A stretch of DNA of 64,000 bases. It comes from Eledone cirrhosa (lineage: Eukaryota). The notes under the pieces are model-generated. The model was not told the origin of the DNA, searched no databases, and worked only from the letters and a program-made list of their open reading frames with translations. Each line of letters begins with the position of its first letter. The first letter of the stretch is position 1. This document shows, in pieces, positions 58,790 to 64,000 of the stretch. The position numbers and the translations under genes are program-made. The stretch spans positions 180,048,001 to 180,112,000 of the forward strand of contig OZ024741.1 in NCBI GenBank assembly GCA_964016885.1. The letters run 5' to 3'.

Positions 58790-61400
58790 GATTTTTAGTC
58801 TTTTGAATTCCCATGTGCTAATCTTATCTACATGATCACCCATTTCTTGAATAAAATGACCATACATTCTCTTCTCCCTCCACTTATCAAACTTCTCTTC
58901 ATTTGTCTTCTACTCCTGCTTTTTGATGCAGTTCTCATACTTTATTACTCCAAATCGTTTCACATTAACCGAAAATGGTTCGATAGTATTGTTAACATAC
59001 TTCCCTAAACTATTTTCTTCACCTCCTAATCAATCTTCGCATACAATCAAACCACGTCCTCCCATATTTCTTGGTAGATAGTCTATTAATATCTCTTCTT
59101 GAGTGTAATGCACCACATATAGTCAAAATCATCTTTGTTTTTCTGTCTGAAGCCTACATTTCTTCTTGTGTCCAGTTCAATAGTCCAACCCCATGTCATA
59201 GTACAGGCACAGCCAGAATTCTATTTCTTCCATTCAAATACTCCGTCTCAAACCTTCTTCATCTCCCCTTCCTTGATTTTATCAGCCTCCAGTATTCCGA
59301 GATATTTATATCCTGCATTCTCAACATCTTTCCCCCACCTGACCATCCATCAACATAATCCCATCAGTTGCAACTATCTTCCCCTTCTTCATTATCAATA
59401 TTCCACACTTGTTGACTTCAAATCATTACTGAATAAGCTTACTATGTTTCCTAATGATCATCCATAAAGAGTAGATGATTGACCTTTCTTTCTATCCATT
59501 TCATAACTCAAAGCTGTCTTTCTTAGCAGAAGAGACAATGAAAACATACATAACACAAAGAGCGATGGTGAAAGGCTGTCACCATGGAATATACTTCTCT
59601 TGATCTGGTTCTGTTTTCTATCTCTCTATACTACTAGTAAACTCAACTACGCTATTTGCGATTCCAAATATATTAATGTATTCTGTAATCTAAATGTACA
59701 GCACCATGTCGAACTCTTTTTTATAGTCTACTTAAGTCATTGCTAAGTTGGTATGTCTCCTTCTACAATCTTTCAATATCATTTTGTCAATTAGGAGTTG
59801 ATCCCTTGTACCTCTACTGTCCTTCTTACATCTTTCCTGTTCACCTGGTAATATTTCTTCTTTATCAAGAAACTCATACATACCTTGTACAACAACACTT
59901 GTAATTAACTTCCACATTAGTGAAAGGCAAGATGTGTGAAAGTTTACCACGGCATTTCCTCTCGTGGGGTCTTTAAAACACAAAGTAGTTCTTCCTCTAG
60001 TAATTGCTTGTTTTCCATCAAGTATGTAATTCTGTGCAGATCAGTTAGCTTCTTCAGACCGAAACATTGACTTTCTTCAGGTCCTGGGGCCTTCTAGTTA
60101 GACATTTTCCTGCATTGTGATGCTACCATCTCTCTTGTAATATTGATGTTGTCCTGTTTTCTATGCCTTCTTTCTCTGTGTTTCTTCAGCCAGTCTACTT
60201 CATTATTATATTCTTTCTCTATTTCCCATATACTATTCCAAAATGTTTTGTTATCATCTATGTTGGGGATGGGTTCATCATATCTCATCTCAACATGCAA
60301 TTCTTGATACACCTTTTTTCTGGTCAACGTTAGGTGTTCTGTTTAATCCGTATTGCCTTATGTGTTGCTCATATATTCTGATTTTGGTAGACTTTGCAAT
60401 AATCCTTTGTCGGATTTCTTCCATACTATAGCTACTCCTTTCCTTTTGATGTGTCTCTACTTTATATTTCCTGATTTTTTCCGGCTATTATTATATATGC
60501 CCTATTTTTTCTTCCCATAATATTCAAATATTTTCTCAACAAATCCAAGTCCCTTTGTATTCACCTCTTCCACCATGGGTTTTTATTTTGTGATGTTTCC
60601 GTTGTATTATTTATTCCTAATTTCATTGCAACGTATGTAGATGAGGCCAAAATTAAATCATTTATGCCATTAATATTCTTTGTTCGCACATGTCCAATCA
60701 ATCGATTTATCTTTGTTGTCATTGCAGTCAATTTACATTGATCAAAGTTTTTTTAAATGCCTTTGTTGTGATTGATTCTTTTTTCATCAGTTCAACAATT
60801 TTCCTTAGCTCTTTCTGCTCCCCATTTGACAATTGGCCATTGCCTTCTATTCAAACTATTTTATCTATATGCTCTGCTTCATCCATTGTTGCTTGTGTGC
60901 TTTCTTCAGGAGTCACCAGCACATGTTGGGTATCAAATGTTGGTATGATTTCTTCATTACTCCTATCTTCGACAATGTTCCTCTTTATTGCTTCTAACTT
61001 TAAGTCACTAAGTCATCCGTTTTTCTTTATTACCTTGGCCTGATCACATATTCTTTGTTCGGTACCGGGAAACTACTCTATGTTTCTTTACTCTTGATGC
61101 ACTCGCTGTCTGTATCTTTTAATGGGAACCCCATTTTCGTCAATCGGGTTACTTCGGAAATAACATTCCATGACAACCTTGTTCATTTTTTGATCCAACT
61201 GATTCTTGGAGCTTTATGTTGCCCCGTTGCTTGATGACGACCTGCTGAAGTCGGATCAGATACTCCAAGCCTGCCGGGCATGATACATTCACCGCCGAAG
61301 GTTCCAGTTCCACTCACTCCGTTATGTTCAATATCGGATTGCGACATTTACATCCATATAATGAGGATTGTTTTGTGAAGAGGGTTTCCTTCTCACTAGT
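58790..61400 (-). mobile_element. Decayed R4/Dong-like non-LTR retrotransposon
   Basis: [29 protein letters not shown]; many stops. Confidence 0.85.
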
Positions 61401-61789
61401 ATTTTTTATCAAGACACCATCTCTAGACAGATTGGCACCCAAAACTAAAGAGCTCTTTCTGACCCCGAGACATGACCCACCACTTGGTGTCACATTGGTA
61501 TTTAAATGGTGACCATGAGGTTGGTTTATAGTGTAGTTTGGTGTGCATTAATGTGTTGTGGTTAGTGTAGTGTGGTGTAATGTAGTGTAGTGTAGTGTGG
61601 AGTAAACTTTTGGATGACTGTTGACTTTTATGAGTTCTTCCGCTGTTTGACGGATTTTGTTTTCCTCCCGCAGGATGTTCACCCCCCACCAAGCAAGATT
61701 GGTGGGATTGCTAGTTTCTTAACTGACGACCCGATTATGCGACATATTGTACTGGGTTACATGCTATTGCATGCTACCTTTGTCGGGTA

Positions 61790-62282
61790 CAGCAAGCAAG
61801 TTTCCTTTGTGTAATAGCTGTAACGAAAGAGGTTGTATGGTGGACGCGACTGAAAGACTGAACGCAGACACTTTCCTCTTCGGTCAAGCCCTCGTCAAAT
61901 TTTTCACGTTCCAATTGGAAAGGGAGGTGAGGGTGGAGAGGGAAGTGCTGCCCCCCAGAACGTTTTTTCAAAGGTGGGCGATTGTTGCGAGGATGGCTCA
62001 TGTGAATGGGCCCATTCTGAGCATGCGTTTGTTCGTTAGAAAGATTGAAGAAAAGAGAACCCTCCTAAGGTGCTCTTTGAGTCGAAGGGGGTTTACGATC
62101 TGTGGGGTTCCTAAAGTTACCCCAGGGTATTGGAGTATCCTCTTGTTATTTATGCTGTTATTAAATGTATTGTTAATTGTTTTTGTTAATTTTTTTTTAC
62201 ATGATTATTTGTAAATCCCACCCTCTTCGTTTTTTGTATTATCCTATGTGTTCGGCCCTTGTGCCTAATAATAAAGAAAAAA
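61790..62282 (+). mobile_element. Older L1/Tx1 3' fragment related to 10785-11286
   Basis: Shared GAAAGAGGTTGTATGGTGGACGCG and GTGAATGGGCC; AATAAA tail. Confidence 0.85.
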
Positions 62283-62304
62283 GTATTATTATTATTATCG
62301 TTGT

Positions 62305-62475
62305 TAAGGGCGATGGATTGGCAATCGATAGAGGGTCGGACGCCATGCTTTGCAGCATAGAATTACTGCCCTTTCCACCGAGGGGAAATTTTGCCTTTCA
62401 TCGATAAAATAAAACACCAGTAATGCACTGGAATAATTGCTGGCCTTGCGCCAAAAGTAAAAACAATTATTATTA
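62305..62475 (+). mobile_element. Degenerate SINE
   Basis: Family body and tail motifs. Confidence 0.7.
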
Positions 62476-62477
62476 TC

Positions 62478-63139
62478 ATTGTTTTTCCTTTTCCTTCAGT
62501 ATTGTTTCCGTTATATGCCAAGTGTCTTCCTGACACCTAGAGCAAATAAACTCACTGTAGTTTTTACATGCAGAAACTTGCATTGTATCGTTCTGTGCTG
62601 TCCTCGATGTTATACTTTATGTCAACCCTTGTGGTTAATAAAGAAAACATTATCATTATTATTATCATTATTATCATTGTTTTTTTCCTTTTCCTTCAGT
62701 ATTGTTTCCGTTATATACCGAGTGTCTTCCTGACACCTAGAGCAAATAAACTCACTGTATACATTGGTTAGCCAGTTAACACACCACATTGATAATCATT
62801 CTCACATAAATATTGCACTTTTCAATATGTGTGCAGTACCAGTTAAAATAATTTGTTGCACCTCTTGCAGAGATAATAAACGAGGGATCATTTTCAAATA
62901 CTGTTCTGTTCCTTTCTTGATCATTCCCAGTGCTTCCACAATCACTGGTATTGTAATAACTTTGATTGCCACATTTTTTCAATTTCAATAAGCAGATCTT
63001 TATATTTTCTAAGCTTGTCAAATTCTTTTGCCGCGATTTTGTGATCACATGGGATGCTCATATCAATTAATAACGTTGGTCTTTTACAATGATACTATCT
63101 TGTTCTTTTATAATGATACTATGGTGGTCTTTTACAATG

Positions 63140-63140
<1 letters not shown>
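62478..63140 (-). mobile_element. R4/Dong-like 3' end (restriction-like endonuclease domain plus duplicated 3' UTR)
   Basis: LIDMSIPCD..DKLRKYKDL..IPVIVEALG; UTR at 62478-62559 and 62676-62759. Confidence 0.75.
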
Positions 63141-63209
<69 letters not shown>

Positions 63210-63211
<2 letters not shown>

Positions 63212-63430
63212 GGGCGGTGGATTGGCAGTATCGGTTGAGCGTCAGACACCCTACTTCGCGGCAGCGTTATGGCCCTTTACGTTCTGAGTTCGAATCCCGC
63301 CGAGGTTAACTTTGCCTTTCATCCTTACGTGGTCGATAAAATAAAGCACCAGTAATGAACTGGGGTCGATTTAAACGACTTTTCCCTTCCCAAAATTGCT
63401 GGCCTTGTGCCTAAAGTAGAAACAATTATT
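63210..63430 (+). mobile_element. SINE, full length
   Basis: GGCGGTGGATTGGCAG head, GAGTTCGAATCCC B box, full tail. Confidence 0.88.
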
Positions 63431-63679
63431 ATCATTATTATGGTTTGTGTTTTTCCTCTCCCTTCAGTTTTGTTGCCATTTCTAGCCGAGTGTCTTCCCG
63501 ACACCTAGGGCAAAGAAACTCACCAGATTGTTTACGTCGCTTATTTTACACAGTTACACGTATATCATTTTTTTTAAAATCATATTTACAACAGAATATT
63601 AAATCATATAAGAGTGCTCAATTATTTACAACTTACATAATTATGGAATATAATCTAATAAAGTTATGTAAAAAAAAAC

Positions 63680-64000
63680 TTACATAGATGATTATCTTTC
63701 TCACAGTGATAGCACTCTTCGCAATACATGTGCCATACTAGTTTAAATTATTTTTTCCCCTTTTTGTAGTGATAGTAAGCCAGGGATCATTCTAGAATAA
63801 CTCTCCGTTCCTTTTTTTAATCATTCCTAGTGCTTCTACAATTGTAACTATCTTGAGATGTCACATTTTTTCAATTTCAATCAGCAAATTTTCATATTTA
63901 TTTTTAGTTTGTCCAATTCATTGTGATCCCATGGGATGCTCATATCAATCAATAAATATATTTTGTTATTTTGGTCTTTTACAATAATATCCGGTCTTTT
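63680..64000 (-). mobile_element. Another R4/Dong-like endonuclease fragment
   Basis: Homologous to 62810-63090. Confidence 0.7.

Overview
Eukaryotic, AT-rich, microsatellite-saturated DNA. The tRNA-derived SINE families and (TA)n/(TATG)n load look like an octopus genome (inference). No intact host gene is evident, and most listed ORFs are microsatellite artefacts. The window holds decayed RTE, CR1-like and R4/Dong-like LINEs, a young L1/Tx1 3' fragment with an intact ORF, two Tc1/mariner relics, Helitron-like pieces, many SINEs, and a 22-kb array of a 42-bp unit with higher-order duplications. The most interesting signal is a set of unrelated short non-coding elements sitting in (TA)n tracts. 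They share a 'partial tandem copy plus inverted arm' layout and carry type I hammerhead ribozyme motifs with palindromic minimal stem III. Several have unusually long stem II inserts (31-90 nt), and two families show the U3-A8 compensatory core. They look like a diverse population of non-autonomous Penelope-like or retrozyme elements. All motifs and pairings were read by eye; none were computed or searched.
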